From: Eledone cirrhosa
Taxonomy: Eukaryota
Direction: 5' to 3'
Length of the DNA stretch: 64,000 nt
NCBI GenBank assembly: GCA_964016885.1
Contig: OZ024747.1
Coordinates: forward strand, 50,468,001 to 50,532,000
Shown: one piece after another, positions 16,242 through 30,150 of the stretch
Layout: the number at the start of each line of letters is the position of its first letter
Position numbering within the stretch: position 1 is the first letter of the stretch
Made by a program: the position numbers and the translations under genes
Notes under the pieces: generated by a model
The model's database searches: none
Seen by the model: the letters and a program-made list of their open reading frames with translations, nothing else
Told to the model about the DNA's origin: nothing

Positions 16242-16284
16242 GTAACCTACGCGTTTCATTCTTATTAGAAATCATCAGGATTAC
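16242..16284 (-). ncRNA. Type I hammerhead ribozyme (inverted copy)
   Basis: Reverse complement of the 16353 motif. Confidence 0.8.
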
Positions 16285-16352
16285 ATATCCAATGCTTTTA
16301 TCGAGAATGACAAGTCTCTAGCTGTGTCATTCTCGATAAAAGCATTGGATAT

Positions 16353-16395
16353 GTAATCCTGATGATTTCTAATAAGAATGAAACGCGTAGGTTAC
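16353..16395 (+). ncRNA. Type I hammerhead ribozyme, unit 1
   Basis: gtaatc CTGATGA tttctaataagaat GAAA cgcg TA ggttac; palindromic stem III ACGCGT; predicted cut after 16389. Confidence 0.85.
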
Positions 16396-16664
16396 TTCCC
16401 TTGCTTTTATCGAGAATCTCAAATTGTAATACGTGACGTATTCTATTCTATAGCGATTAGGTCTTCAAAATGTTTATTATAAACATACGGAATATTTTCG
16501 AATATTCTGTGTTTATCTTCACATATATATCGCTATTTCAGAGCATTAAATCCAAATTCTAATTTCTGCCGGACCGGCAACCGCTCTTTCAAACCAGTTC
16601 CTGTACACAGCTAAGTATTCTATAAGTCTCTAGCTGTGTCATTCTCGATAAAAGCATTGGATAT

Positions 16665-16707
16665 GTAATCCTGATGATTTCTAATAAGAATGAAACGCGT
16701 AGGTTAC
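16665..16707 (+). ncRNA. Type I hammerhead ribozyme, unit 2
   Basis: Identical motif; predicted cut after 16701. Confidence 0.85.
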
Positions 16708-16976
16708 TTCCCTTGCTTTTATCGAGAATCTCAAATTGTAATACGTGACGTATTCTATTCTATAGCGATTAGGTCTTCAAAATGTTTATTATAAACATAC
16801 GGAATATTTTCGAATATTCTGTGTTTATCTTCACATATATATCGCTATTTCAGAGCATTAAATCCAAATTCTAATTTCTGCCGGACCGGCAACCGCTCTT
16901 TCAAACCAGTTCCTGTACACAGTTAAGTATTCTATAAGTCTCTAGCTGTGTCATTCTCGATAAAAGCATTGGATAT

Positions 16977-17019
16977 GTAATCCTGATGATTTCTAATAAG
17001 AATGAAACGCGTAGGTTAC
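16977..17019 (+). ncRNA. Type I hammerhead ribozyme, unit 3
   Basis: Identical motif; predicted cut after 17013. Confidence 0.85.
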
Positions 17020-17176
17020 TTCCCTTGCTTTTATCGAGAATCTCAAATTGTAATACGTGACGTATTCTATTCTATAGCGATTAGGTCTTCAAAATGTTTA
17101 TTATAAACATACGGAATATTTTCGAATATTCTGTGTTTATCTTCACATATATATCGTTATTTCAGAGCATTAAATC

Positions 17177-17243
<67 letters not shown>

Positions 17244-17377
17244 GTAGAGGTTATATTTAATTTGTTGGGATACAACAAGCTAAAATATTTTTATAACTGA
17301 TATAAAGCACTCAACAATTTATTGGAGTAAATATACAATATATTAACAAATGTAAACTATATTTATAAAACCATATT

Positions 17378-17443
17378 TATTTCATTATACATATTTCAAG
17401 GGCCACCAAGGTAGATTACGGTGCGCTTTCATCAGATAAAATA
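17378..17443 (-). ncRNA. Type I HHR in the Naiad pLTR
   Basis: RC: tattttat CTGATGA aagcgcaccg..tggtggccctt GAAA tatgtaTA atgaaata; 8-bp stem I. Confidence 0.8.
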
Positions 17444-18815
17444 TAATACAGATTAGTTTTATAAATAAATATTGACATACCCTGAAAAAATGAAACCTTA
17501 CTGGTTGGAGCTTCCTGGATATTGGAGATATTAGATTTATTGTTGATTTAGTATGCAAATTAGTGTCGGAAAGGTTTAAATAACAGTATATTTAAATTAA
17601 ACCGTTGGAAGAGGGAAAAAAGAAAGAGAAAGAGAAAATGAATAGTTTATATATATTTTTGCCAGTGGGAGAGAGTAAACGTGACTATATTTAAGTGAGA
17701 AAGAATATTAGTTATAAGGACAATAATAGCGTAATTTTGTTTATGTGTGAGTAGAGAAGAAGCGAAGAAACGAATATAGCGTGGATGAATAATAGCAGGA
17801 TTCATTATAATGATAGGTTGAAAAACTTTATCTAAGGTTTAATTAATAAATTTGATTAAATGTTTAATTAATAATTTAATAGTTTAATCATTACTTTAAA
17901 TGTGTATGTTAGATTATTAAAAAAATTAAAAAATTAAAAACTATTATATATTATTTAAAAAATATATTATTATTATAAAAACATATATATTATTATTATA
18001 ACAAAATATATATTATCATTAATTATTAATTATTAATTATTAAAAAAATTGTAGGTTAAAAGTATCCAAATATTTCTAAACCCGTGGAAATTCCGAGAGT
18101 TTACAGAAGAATAACCCCTTATTATAACCCCTTATTATAATAGCTGTACAGCGTAAAGGAAATTACTAGTGATTTATTAATAACTCAGATGACTCTAATG
18201 ATTAAATGCTATAAGGTTAAGAAGTTAAAAAGTTAAATTTTCTATCATAAGAATGTAATTAGAGTATGAATCTTATGTTATTTTATACTGAGTCATAAAC
18301 TTATAAATTCATAAATTTACGTGTTATAAAGTTATAACAGTTAAAACATAAATTTACTTGCCATAACGTCACAACATATAGAAATTATAACATTTAAAAT
18401 TTTCATAGGAATATATTTAAAGCATAAAGCACAAAAAAACCCTTTCATAAGATTATATTTATAAAATATATTTAAAGTATAAATTTTAGGTTATACCACA
18501 TATACATAAAAAATCACTATGTTTATCATATATATATAAACATTTGGATATATATATATTAAGCATTTGAAAAATATAAGAATATAGAAATATAAAATAC
18601 ACAATATAAAATATGAATTATAATTTTCCTATACCCGTCAGAGGAATTTTCAAAAAATCCTTCAGTACGTTTATCAAGAAAAACTTTTCAAGAAAGAATT
18701 TTCTTTTCTTTAAGAGAGTTACAAGCAGTCATATAAAAGAAATCTAATGATTTATCGATAGGTGTAATAATAATAGAGGATATTATGTAAGTATGTAAAA
18801 GAGATGAGTTATGGA

Positions 18816-20391
18816 TTACATTTTATATATATATTTAAACGTTGAATTCAACCGATGTTTACAAGAACTGAATAAGTTATTCCTTAAATTAACAGAATTT
18901 TTACTTTTTAATATAAAGAATATTTCCTCTATACAAAGAGCACGATTTTCAGATGAAGCATTGAATGAAGGAGCTTTGGAGATAATATTCCAAAGTAAAG
19001 AGTAGTTAATGTTCTTTGATTTTAGGTCCCATAGTAAATTAGATAGAGAAGTTGAAGATTTTTTACCTATATTCGTAAAAGAGCATTTATGGTTATTAAA
19101 ACAGGACTTAAAATCTGTGGAGGTAGAGCCTACATAATTAAAGGAATTTATATTAGTTTTTACATTACAATTATATACTATATTTTTAACTAAACAATTA
19201 TTATTTAGAGGACAGTTAGATTTATTTCTACAGTTACATTTATCTAAATTTAAGTTACTAGGAGCCGTACTATCATATTGAATATTGCTAGGGTTATTAA
19301 TGGTATTCTGGTTAGGTTTTAAGTTTCTATTATTAATTCTATTAATATTCTACGCTAAATTACTAGTGGTGGAATACGATAATTTTATAGTATGTCTATT
19401 AAATATTGAGTAATACCTATGTGTTCTGGGAAAGCATTTATCTAGAGCTTTAAAGAATAATTTAGCAATATGAGTTTTAATACTTAATGAGAAAGGGGGA
19501 GCGAACCATAATATATTCCTAGTTCTATTTCTTTTTTTGTTTTTCGAGTTATTGTAAGGTTTTCTATTATAGTTTTAAAAGTTATGGTTAGTTGGCACAT
19601 CATTATTATCAATGTATTTAATTTTATTACTATATCCAGCTCTTCCTAACGCTTCGTTATAATATTACGCTTTATCTTCGAAAATATTCCTATTAGCTGA
19701 AATTCTAGAAATACGTTGCTGCACAGAATTTACTATAGTGTTTTTAACGCATCTGGGGTGATTGGAATTACAGTTAACGTAGTTTAAGTTCTCATTTATT
19801 TTGTGAAATGGATAGTAAAGACCTGTGTTAAGGTTTAAAGTTACATCTAGAAAGTTAACTATTTTATAATTATTCTCTACTTCTACTTTAAGATTAAGGC
19901 AATTAAAAGATTATCTAATTTCTTTTCTTTTCCTATTTATTTCACAGTTATTATTATTTTCTATAAATAGTAGCATATCGTCGCGATATAAACCTCCGAT
20001 CATCTCCGGTATTTTCCTATGTAGAGTATTATTAATAAAAAGCCCCAGAAGATCCGTTATTTGTGCGGAAACGGATGACCCCATAGTAATATCGAAATTA
20101 CTATCCCTGTCTGTTCTAGTTCAGAGGTGGTTATTAAATTTAATTAATGTTTTCTGTGCAGTTAAGATAATGTGCATTTCATTACTAGTTAAGTCTGTAT
20201 GTTTAAATGCATATATGAGGGCTTTATTAAGTAGATTAGGAGTGATGGATGAGTAATAATTAGTAATATCCAATTGAATACATTTATTATTATAGTTATA
20301 TTTAATGTCCTTAAACCAGTCGATAACTTCATTAGTCCCTTTCCATAATTTTAAATAAGATAGTTCCTTAATTTGTGGTATGATTCTGTCT
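18816..20391 (-). pseudogene. PLE reverse transcriptase + GIY-YIG endonuclease, decayed (missed by the ORF track)
   Basis: Hand translation: LWKGTNEVIDWF..QLDITNYY..FDITMGS..GGLYRDDML..WFAPPF..CNCRNKSNCPLNNNCL..IVYNC..YVGST..CKHR; internal stops and frameshifts. Confidence 0.9.
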
Positions 20392-20547
20392 AACGGTTTA
20401 ATTTAAATATACTGTTATTTAAACCTTTCCGACACTGCTTTGCATACTAAATCAACAATAAATCTCCACTATCCAGGAAGCTCCAACCGGTAAGGTTGCA
20501 TTTTTTCAGGGTATGTCAATATTTATTTATAAAACTAATCTGTATTA

Positions 20548-20613
20548 TATTTTATCTGATGAAAGCGCACCATAATCTACCTTGGTGGCTCTTGAAATAT
20601 GTATAATGAAATA
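20548..20613 (+). ncRNA. Type I HHR in the inverted pLTR
   Basis: tattttat CTGATGA aagcgcacca..tggtggctctt GAAA tatgtaTA atgaaata. Confidence 0.8.
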
Positions 20614-20651
20614 AATATGGTTTTATAAATATAGTTTCCATTTGTTAATAT

Positions 20652-20707
<56 letters not shown>

Positions 20708-20709
<2 letters not shown>

Positions 20710-21812
20710 CAAGGTTTAGCAAATAAGAAAAAGTTTCAAAGTAAATTTCAAAAAATTCACTGTACTTACTATGGTTACCTTTACCAAAACGGTTTCGAGT
20801 CTCAAAAATAAATGGATAGTCCTTGCGGGCCTCCATTGAAAAGATAAATTCTCGTCAGAAGGTTCTTTTCACCCGGAGAATATAAAATTCCCGAGTTCGA
20901 ATTACGAACTGACGCTATTCAAAGTTGTTCCCGAGATGACAAAGAATGATGTGGAAGCAATTCTGTCCAGTGCCGTGTGCAAAGATAGAAGGCAGAGGCA
21001 GGGAGGTCAATCTACTACCACTATAAATAACAGTAGTCAAAACGACCAAGTTTTATCTCGACCAGAGGGATATTAATAATAATAATAAAGTATATATCCC
21101 TACACGCAAAAAAGTATAGGGACACATGTATTATCCAACCATATGCCAATGTGGTTCAATGGCAGGTTAATAAATTAACGAGCCATATATATATTATATA
21201 TATTTAGGTTTGATGGTTCACCACTGGATAGAATTGGTCATTCCGTATGGTCAATCTTGATGTAATATTATGGAGAGTACTCAAAGTAGTGCAATTCACC
21301 CGTCTTCGTTTGTGTAGTTGATGGTGCTAATACGGAGTTAATTATTATAAATAAAATAACAGGAGGCTGGACTGGTGTAAATCCTTGAAAAGTTTATTAT
21401 ACCATGATCATTTCAATGACCGGGTTTCGTATGAATCCGGTGTTATCATCAGGTATTCGAAATATAACAAAGGTATATATTGAGGGTGCCTGACCGAGGT
21501 GAAAGCAGCTAATTGGTCAGTCGTTCTCTCTGTCTCTGATTTCGGACCCATGTATTTTTTATATTCCTTTGTTATATTTCGAATACCTGATGATATCACC
21601 GGATTCATACGGAACCCGGTCATTGAAATGATCACGGAATAATAAACTTTTCAAGGATTTACACCAGTCCAGCCTCCTGTTATTTTATTTATAATTATAT
21701 ATATATATATATGTCCCTATACGTTTTTTGCGAGCAGGGATATATACTTTATTATTATTATTAATCTCCCCCTGGTCGAGAAAAAACTTGGTCGTTTTGA
21801 CTACTGCTATTT
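20708..21812 (-). mobile_element. Non-coding PLE derivative with an inverted end, containing a second fold-back element (21345-21697)
   Basis: ~21025-21124 is the RC of ~21713-21812; ~21345-21474 is the RC of ~21566-21697. Confidence 0.65.
20777..20863 (-). ncRNA. Type I HHR with a long stem II
   Basis: RC: acctt CTGACGA g..(~50 nt)..c GAAA ccgttttgg TA aaggt. Confidence 0.7.
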
Positions 21813-22037
21813 TTATATATATAGGAATGAAAAATGGCGTGCTCCGTTGTTGCGAATGAAATACATATGAATTAAAAAATAGAGCAAGAAACCAGGACTA
21901 TCCGTCATCAGTGATCTTCTGGCCATCATCGGTATTTCTTCACATTAAAGACCAGATACCTCAGGCCACCGCGAACAATAACTAAAATAAGTTATTGGGA
22001 TAAAAAGAATTGGGTGATATATGTATATATATATATA

Positions 22038-22073
<36 letters not shown>

Positions 22074-22148
22074 TATATATATACTTATACATATAGATAT
22101 ACATATAAATATATATACACATATACGTATAAATATACATACACACAT

Positions 22149-22254
<106 letters not shown>

Positions 22255-22310
22255 TTATACATATAGATATACATATAAATATATATACACATATACGTAT
22301 AAATATGCAT

Positions 22311-22347
<37 letters not shown>

Positions 22348-22381
22348 CATGCACACGCATGTACGCACAAATATATATATT

Positions 22382-22579
<198 letters not shown>

Positions 22580-22705
22580 TAGGAGGTGAGTTTTATTGTA
22601 GTACAATAAAGCAATGCAGATATCGGATAAGAAGCACTCTACAGTTTGTAGGACTGGCGTATACATAATATATAAGAACAAAAGATGGTTAAATGAGTTC
22701 CATGT

Positions 22706-22774
22706 ATTTTATTATGCGCATTTCAAAAACAAATATCATCATGCAATAATATTTGTGTTTTCATCAGATAAAAC
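22706..22774 (-). ncRNA. Type I HHR in a short (TA)n-embedded element (22579-22830)
   Basis: RC: gttttat CTGATGA aaacacaaatatta..tgatatttgttttt GAAA tgcgca TA ataaaat; palindromic stem III ATGCGCAT. Confidence 0.8.
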
Positions 22775-22830
22775 AGGAAGACATGATATGAAGGTTAAAA
22801 AACACTTGTGGATAGTGCAGTTTTAAATCA

Positions 22831-22883
<53 letters not shown>

Positions 22884-23062
22884 AACGAGTAGGATGTATG
22901 TATGTATGTATGTATGTATGTATGTATGTATGTATGTATGTATGTATGTATGTATGTATGTATGTATATGCATGCATGTATGTATGTATGTATGTATGTA
23001 TGTATGTATGTATGTGTATGTATATGTATGTGTGTACGTATGTATGCATGTAAATATGCATG

Positions 23063-23094
<32 letters not shown>

Positions 23095-23190
23095 CATGTA
23101 TGTATGTATGTATGTATGTATGTATGTATGTATGTATGTATGTATGTATGTACGTATGTATGTATGTAAATATGCATGTAAATATGCATG

Positions 23191-23230
<40 letters not shown>

Positions 23231-23297
23231 TGCATGTACATGTATGTATGTATGTATGTATGTATGTATGTATGTATGTATGTATGTATGTATGTAC

Positions 23298-23707
23298 GGG
23301 AGAGATGACCCCTTAGCCTTTGTCAAGGCAGAATTCTAGGAGAAGGAAAACTCTGATATAACACCTGCAACTCTGATGGTATCCAATGATGTTGACTTGT
23401 TCTTCTTTTTGGTAAATATCATCTTGGTTAAGAGAGTGGGACTAGCTTTGTGCAGTGCCTTTGCTCACTATAAAAGCTTCACGGCACAGGCATTGCTTTA
23501 TATCTAGAGATCTCCCTGCACTTGTCATCACATGGTACCATGGGCCCAGCACTATGTGTCAGTAATTGTCACAAGTGTAGTGTTTGTACCAGAGTTTTCA
23601 AGTCGCTGGCTGGACTAAAAAGTCACACTCGTTCAGCGCATCAGTAGGGGCTCTCCTGCATGGATATAAAGTAGTGGCCGTACTCGAAAACGAGTTGGCA
23701 GCCACCA
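23298..23707 (+). mobile_element. RTE-like non-autonomous element in (TATG)n, 5'-truncated
   Basis: ctaggagaaggaaaactctga resembles RTE 5' UTRs; near-identical to 26640-27052. Confidence 0.55.
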
Positions 23708-23815
23708 TGTATGTATGTATGCATGCATGCATGCATGCATGCATGTATGTATGTATGTATGTATGTATGTATGTATGTATGTATGTACGTATGTAAATAT
23801 GCATGTATATGTATG

Positions 23816-23847
<32 letters not shown>

Positions 23848-24257
23848 TGTATGTATGTATGTATGTATGTATGTATGTATGTATGTATGTATGTATGTAT
23901 ATATGTATGTACGTATGTATGTATGTATGTGTGTATGTATATATGTATGTATATGTAAGGATACATTTAGGTATATTTAGATGGATGGATTGTGGTTTTG
24001 GGGGACGGATGTATGGATGGACTAAAAAAAAAATTAACTGGACAATGGCGTGCAAGGATGAAGAGAGAGGCTTATGGGAGGAAATAGTGAGAGGGGGAGA
24101 GAGAGGGGTGGTGGTGGTTGTAAGGAGAAACAGAGATAAATAAATATTAAAAAAAGAAATCGGGGCCGGGGGTTAGCGATAAAGGGTGAGAAAGGGAATG
24201 TGTGAGAGAGAGAGAAAGAGGAGAGATATAGATAGATAGATAGATAGATATATAGAC

Positions 24258-24307
<50 letters not shown>

Positions 24308-24317
24308 ATAGACAGAC

Positions 24318-24368
<51 letters not shown>

Positions 24369-24773
24369 TGAAGGTGTTATATAGTGTGAGGGATAGTTGG
24401 ACAGCAGACGGATGGACAGAGTTGGTAAGAGGTGGGTGGGGCAAATAAGACTGTTAGGTCTGAGGATAAATGTGTGTAGAAAAGGATGTAGGCAGAGATG
24501 TATCTGTCAGTTTGAGAAAAGATTAATACAATTGCGGAGCGGGGGTGTTTCGGGTGGGGGCAGTGTTGTAGTGGAACAAGAATATGGCTAAGATGGAATT
24601 TGGAAGCTGGAAGATTGGTAAAGATTGTAAAGATGGTAAAAGATAGAGGAATTAATTCTAGATTGAAAAGAAAGATTAAGAAATAAACCGAAAGAAGAGA
24701 TAAGTAAAAAATCTGGACATAAGTAGACAGAGTGATAGATAGATAATAAATAGATGGATATGGAGGCATATAT

Positions 24774-24856
<83 letters not shown>

Positions 24857-24898
24857 TAACAAATATGAATATATATATATATGCATGTATGAATATAA

Positions 24899-24932
<34 letters not shown>

Positions 24933-25225
24933 ATATACACATATATATATATATATATATATACTAATATATATATATATATATATATATATGTGTATAT
25001 ATATACACACACATATATATACACACACATATATATGTATATACACACACACATATATATATATATATGTGTTAGGTAATATATGTGTATATATATACAC
25101 ACACATATATATGTATATACACACACACACATATATATATATGTGTTAGGTAATTCCGAAGGAAAAGGAAAGGAAAAGTGAGTGCTCTATGTATAGAACA
25201 GAGCTATTTAATTAGATAATCTAAT

Positions 25226-25301
<76 letters not shown>

Positions 25302-25315
25302 TTAGTACACATGCA

Positions 25316-25352
<37 letters not shown>

Positions 25353-25400
25353 GAATGCAGAACATTGCTTATTGTAATCCAGTTCATGGTTAAGATTTTT

Positions 25401-25472
<72 letters not shown>

Positions 25473-25545
25473 TCTTCTTACTCTGGGTTTCGCAGCTACA
25501 CGCTGATCACGTATCTGGATAGACGTTTTTTACATAACATTATAT

Positions 25546-25660
25546 AGTTCAAATCCCGCCGAGGTTAACTTTACCTTTCATCCTTACGGGGTCGATAAAA
25601 TAAAGTACCAATAATGTACTGGGTAATTGCTGGCCTTGTGCCAAAAGTAGAAACAATTAT
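25546..25660 (+). mobile_element. SINE family F 3' part
   Basis: agttcaaatcccgccgaggttaactttacctttcatcc...; also at 44274-44380 and degenerate at 60985-61130. Confidence 0.75.
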
Positions 25661-26077
25661 ATGGCAAATAAAATGGGAGTGGTCATTGTAATAGCAAAAT
25701 AGTTTTGACAGGCGTTATAAGGGAATATTACACTAACTTTGAAGCTGGTATATTAGCAATGCAATATATACCACTGCTGTTGAACACTTATCTCTTGTTA
25801 TTGCAAATCCAATGAACGCACAGGGAAAAGATAATGGAAAACAAAAAAAAAAACAACGAAAAAAAAAGAAAGCAACAAAAACAACTGAAGGACGGATAGT
25901 CCCATCTCCTTAGTCAACATCTGGTAATCATGGTTTCGGTTCATAAAGGTCGATACCATTCATTCCAGTGCACATTAGGATAAAACAAAACAGGCAAAGA
26001 CAAATTACAATATATATGTATATATTTTCCTAGCTTTTCCTATTCTCTTCGAGTTCCTGTTTTTCCCCTCTCCGAAG

Positions 26078-26113
26078 TTTCCTAATGAAGGACAAGTGTC
26101 CGGAACGTTGAAA
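26078..26113 (+). ncRNA. Degenerate minimal HHR
   Basis: tttc CTAATGA a ggac-aagt-gtcc GGAA cg TT gaaa; all three stems intact, two core substitutions. Confidence 0.5.
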
Positions 26114-26289
26114 TGTCCTCCACTTCCACCAAGCGTGAATCCAAAATAAATGTGTACAATTGCCTCCTGTGTTTTGTTCGAACAATGGAATATCCTACTT
26201 AGGAAATTAACATGAAAGTGGCTGAGCATTCTACAGCTACGTGTACATCTTAACCTAGTTATCAGGGATGACACAGTGTTTAGCAAGGC

Positions 26290-26445
26290 TGGCCCTTTGA
26301 ATTACAGGTACAAGGCATTTATTTTCTAACTGATTCGACTGTAGCAACATGAAGTAAAGTGTTTTACTCAACGAAACAACGTGCTTCTGGGAAACGAAAT
26401 TGCAATCACGTGATCTTGAGCCGAAAACACTTAACCATTACGCTA
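26290..26445 (-). mobile_element. Degenerate tRNA-derived SINE
   Basis: RC starts tagcgtaatggttaagtg and contains ttgagtaaaacactttacttc. Confidence 0.55.
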
Positions 26446-26490
26446 TATATATATTATGTATGTATGTATGTATGTATGTATGTATGTATG

Positions 26491-27052
26491 TCTCATGGTC
26501 CGGTCGTTGGCGACTAAACTGGCAACCCCACCGATGTTTCTTGGTGAGGAGGGTGACTTTGGACATCCTGCAGGACTAAAAACAAAACCTGTCAAAGGGC
26601 AAAGGAGCTCTTAAGAGTCAATGGCCATCCAAAATCACTGGGAGACATGACCCCTTAGCCTTTGTCAAGGCAGAATTCTAGGAGAAGGAAAACTCTGATA
26701 TAACACCTGCAACCCTGATGGTATCCAATGACGTTGACTTGTTCTTCTTCTTTTTGGTAAATATCATCTTGGTTAAGAGAGTGGGACTGGCTTTGTGCAG
26801 TGCCTTTGCTCACTATAAAAACTTCACGGCACAGGCATTGCTTTATATCTGGAGATCTCTCTGCACTTGTCGTCACATGGTACCATGGGCCCAACATTAT
26901 GTGTCAATAATTATCACAAGTGTAGTGTTTGTACCAGAGTTTTCAAGTCGCTGGCTGGACTAAAAAGTCACACTCGTTCCACGCATCGGTAGGGGTTCTC
27001 CTACATGGATATAAAGTAGTGGCCGTACTCGAAAACGAGTTGGCAGCCACCA
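26491..27052 (+). mobile_element. RTE-like non-autonomous element in (TATG)n
   Basis: ctggcaacccc and ctaggagaaggaaaactctg motifs; (TATG)n on both sides. Confidence 0.55.
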
Positions 27053-27069
27053 TGTATGTATGTATGTAC

Positions 27070-27100
<31 letters not shown>

Positions 27101-27120
27101 TGTATGTATGTATGTATGTA

Positions 27121-27176
<56 letters not shown>

Positions 27177-27785
27177 AGTATGTCTGTATATATGTGTGTA
27201 AAATTCAGTTATTTACTCGGACTATTTTGATCTGACAAAATTAGAGTATGAACAAATTTAGACTGAGTCGGCCTCAGATTTAAGTGAATAAATTTATTCC
27301 TCTCTAGCGAACAGTATTCAGTACATTTCACTAAATTGTATAGTTCTGGTATCTTAAATTAGTACAATAGAACAACCACTGTATCATAGACACCCTATAT
27401 ATTTCCGTGGGTACTTAGTACCTGCGGGGATATTAATCTCATTTTATGTATATTCTCCCATGTGTAAAGAAAAAAGCGTTGTACCTAGCTGGTATTTTTA
27501 GTAGCCTGGCAAACAACACGGCTATAATATCTCCCGCTTTCACTAACGACCAGTTTAAGTGTGGGTCATTTTAACGACCCGACCTTACGCTAGCTGGCAG
27601 TAAGAGATATATTTACGTCCTATAGAATGAAAATAGCTTTCTGAAGAATCGATCTTTCCATTGGATGTCTTTGGATTTCCAATCTTTTGTGAGGCGAAAC
27701 CCTCGGTAAAAGAATTTTGGATAGGTGAATATTTAAATCATATTTTAATTTATTTAAAAGATTGTCTAAAGTTTACTTGTTCCGC

Positions 27786-27856
<71 letters not shown>

Positions 27857-27859
27857 ACC

Positions 27860-27892
<33 letters not shown>

Positions 27893-28098
27893 CATATGTG
27901 TGCCTGTGTGTATGTGTGTGTGTCTGTATGTGTGTGTGTGTCTGTGTGTGTGTGTATCTGTGTGTGTTTGTGTGTGTCTGTGAGTGTGTCTCTGTGTATG
28001 TATGTGCGTGTGTGTATAACAAATAGTTTATCGCTCAACATTGCTGAATCAACAAATGTAATCTGAGTTTTTCGAATATTAATAATAATATTCGATTC

Positions 28099-28158
<60 letters not shown>

Positions 28159-28284
28159 CGCTTCTACAAGACTAGAACTGTTTCGTTTCAAGAAATATGT
28201 ATACTCTGTTATGTATTGACTACCTTACTTACTGTGGTTACCTCCGATTGAACCCGGGATAAACACACACACGCACACACACAC

Positions 28285-28416
<132 letters not shown>

Positions 28417-28582
28417 CACACCTATATATATATATAAAAAGTTAGAACACTGGAGTGTTATATCCGTAGTAATAGAGCACTCAGTCCATGGGACGAGTTT
28501 GGTAGAAGCAGTAACACGACAGTCAGTTCACCATACCGAGAACAAGATTTTCACCTTATCCGGATCTTCTGTCGTGTTACTG

Positions 28583-28620
<38 letters not shown>

Positions 28621-28755
28621 TGATTGAATTATTTATCCCATATCTTACGTTAAAATGTTTAATCTTGATATTATAGTCACTTATATGTCTGAATTATTGT
28701 CGGCTTTTTGCTTACATTAATTTCTCTATTTCATTTATATATATATATTTTCTAT

Positions 28756-28811
<56 letters not shown>

Positions 28812-28821
28812 GTGTGTGTGT

Positions 28822-30111
28822 AGAAGTTCTATTTAAATTGTTGGGATACAACAAGCAAATATTTTTATAACTGATATAAAGCACTCAACAAGTTATTGGA
28901 GTCAAAATACGATATATTAACAAATGGAAACTATATTTATAAAACCATATTTATTTCATTATACATATTTCAAGGACACCAAGTTAAATTATGGTGTGCT
29001 TTCATCAGATAAAATATAATATAGATCAGTTTTATAAATAAATCTTGACACACCCTTAAAGAATGCGACCATTTCTGTTGGAAGCTCCCGGATAGTGGGG
29101 TTATAAATTTATTTATACTATTATGCAAATTAGTGTCGGATACTTTTAAATCCCAGTAGATTTAAAATAAGCCGTTGGGTATGGAGAAAGGGAAAGAAAA
29201 GAAAGAGAAAATAGAGAAAAAAGAGAAAAAAGAGCAAACTCTAAGAGGAAAATAAGGAAACAAGAAAAAGAGAAAGAGAAAGAGAAGAAAAAAGAAAAGA
29301 GAAAAGAGAAAGAGAAAGAGAAAGAGAAAGCTCTATGTGATAGGTTGTTGTATTAGCGTAACTTTTAAGATGAAGTGAAAAAATAAATATTTATTGGATG
29401 AGTAAAGAAGAGTAAATAAGCGTGAATGGAAAATAAATAAAATAACTGGAGAATTTTAACCAGTGTTTAAATATGATTAAATGTTTAGTTTATCAATTAA
29501 ATTATCCATTCAATTATTGAGATCTATACATTAAAAATTGAGATCTATATATTATTAAAAAATCTATATATTATTAAAACTATATATTATTAAAAAATCT
29601 ATATATTATTAAAGGCATATATTCATATATATACATACGCACACATATATATATATATATACATATAAATATATATATATACCTACACATACATACATAT
29701 ACATACATATAATAAAGGACTTTTATGTTTAAGATATATGAATTTTTCTAAACTTATAGATTTTTCGGAGAAACCGGAGAAAATTATTTCTATGTAATAG
29801 CAAAACACCGTGAAGGAAATTAAGTTCTTTACTTATATTAAATGTTACAAATGTTAAGATAATAAAGGAAATTTAAGATTATACAAACTTTATGTTATTA
29901 TACAAACCTTATATTATTTAATAAATTTTATAAATTTTATATCTAATAAATCAACCTGTTATGTAGTTGTGACTGTTATTATATAAGTTTGTTTATCATA
30001 AACCTTAAGAAAACCCTTATAACCTAGTGTATTCGAATTGTATGCATATATACATATACACAACCCCCACTTAGATACACATAGACATATATACACATAC
30101 CGGTAGATATG

Positions 30112-30150
<39 letters not shown>

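Larger units (their letters stand above)
16116..17180 (+). mobile_element. Retrozyme-like element: inverted partial unit plus ~2.8 tandem 312-bp HHR-bearing units in (TA)n
   Basis: Units start at 16312, 16624 and 16936 (aagtctctagctgtgtc); 16116-16312 is the reverse complement of part of the unit. Confidence 0.85.
17243..20657 (-). mobile_element. Naiad-like Penelope-like retroelement, 5'-truncated with an inverted pLTR
   Basis: pLTR ~17335-17606 is inverted at 20392-20657; (TA)n on both sides; RT+EN remnant inside. Confidence 0.9.

Noticed and set aside
16312-17180. CRISPR-like or simple satellite reading
   Set aside because: No unique spacers; whole units are near-identical and carry an HHR; eukaryotic context
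20115-20130. In-frame TGA in the Naiad RT as selenocysteine
   Set aside because: It falls at a probable Trp position (TGG>TGA decay); linker Cys codons are TGT and the copy has other lesions
21415-21462. HHR (CTGATGA..GAAAcccggTC on -, mirror near 21580)
   Set aside because: Core present but stems I and II pair poorly; probably a decayed HHR, not called
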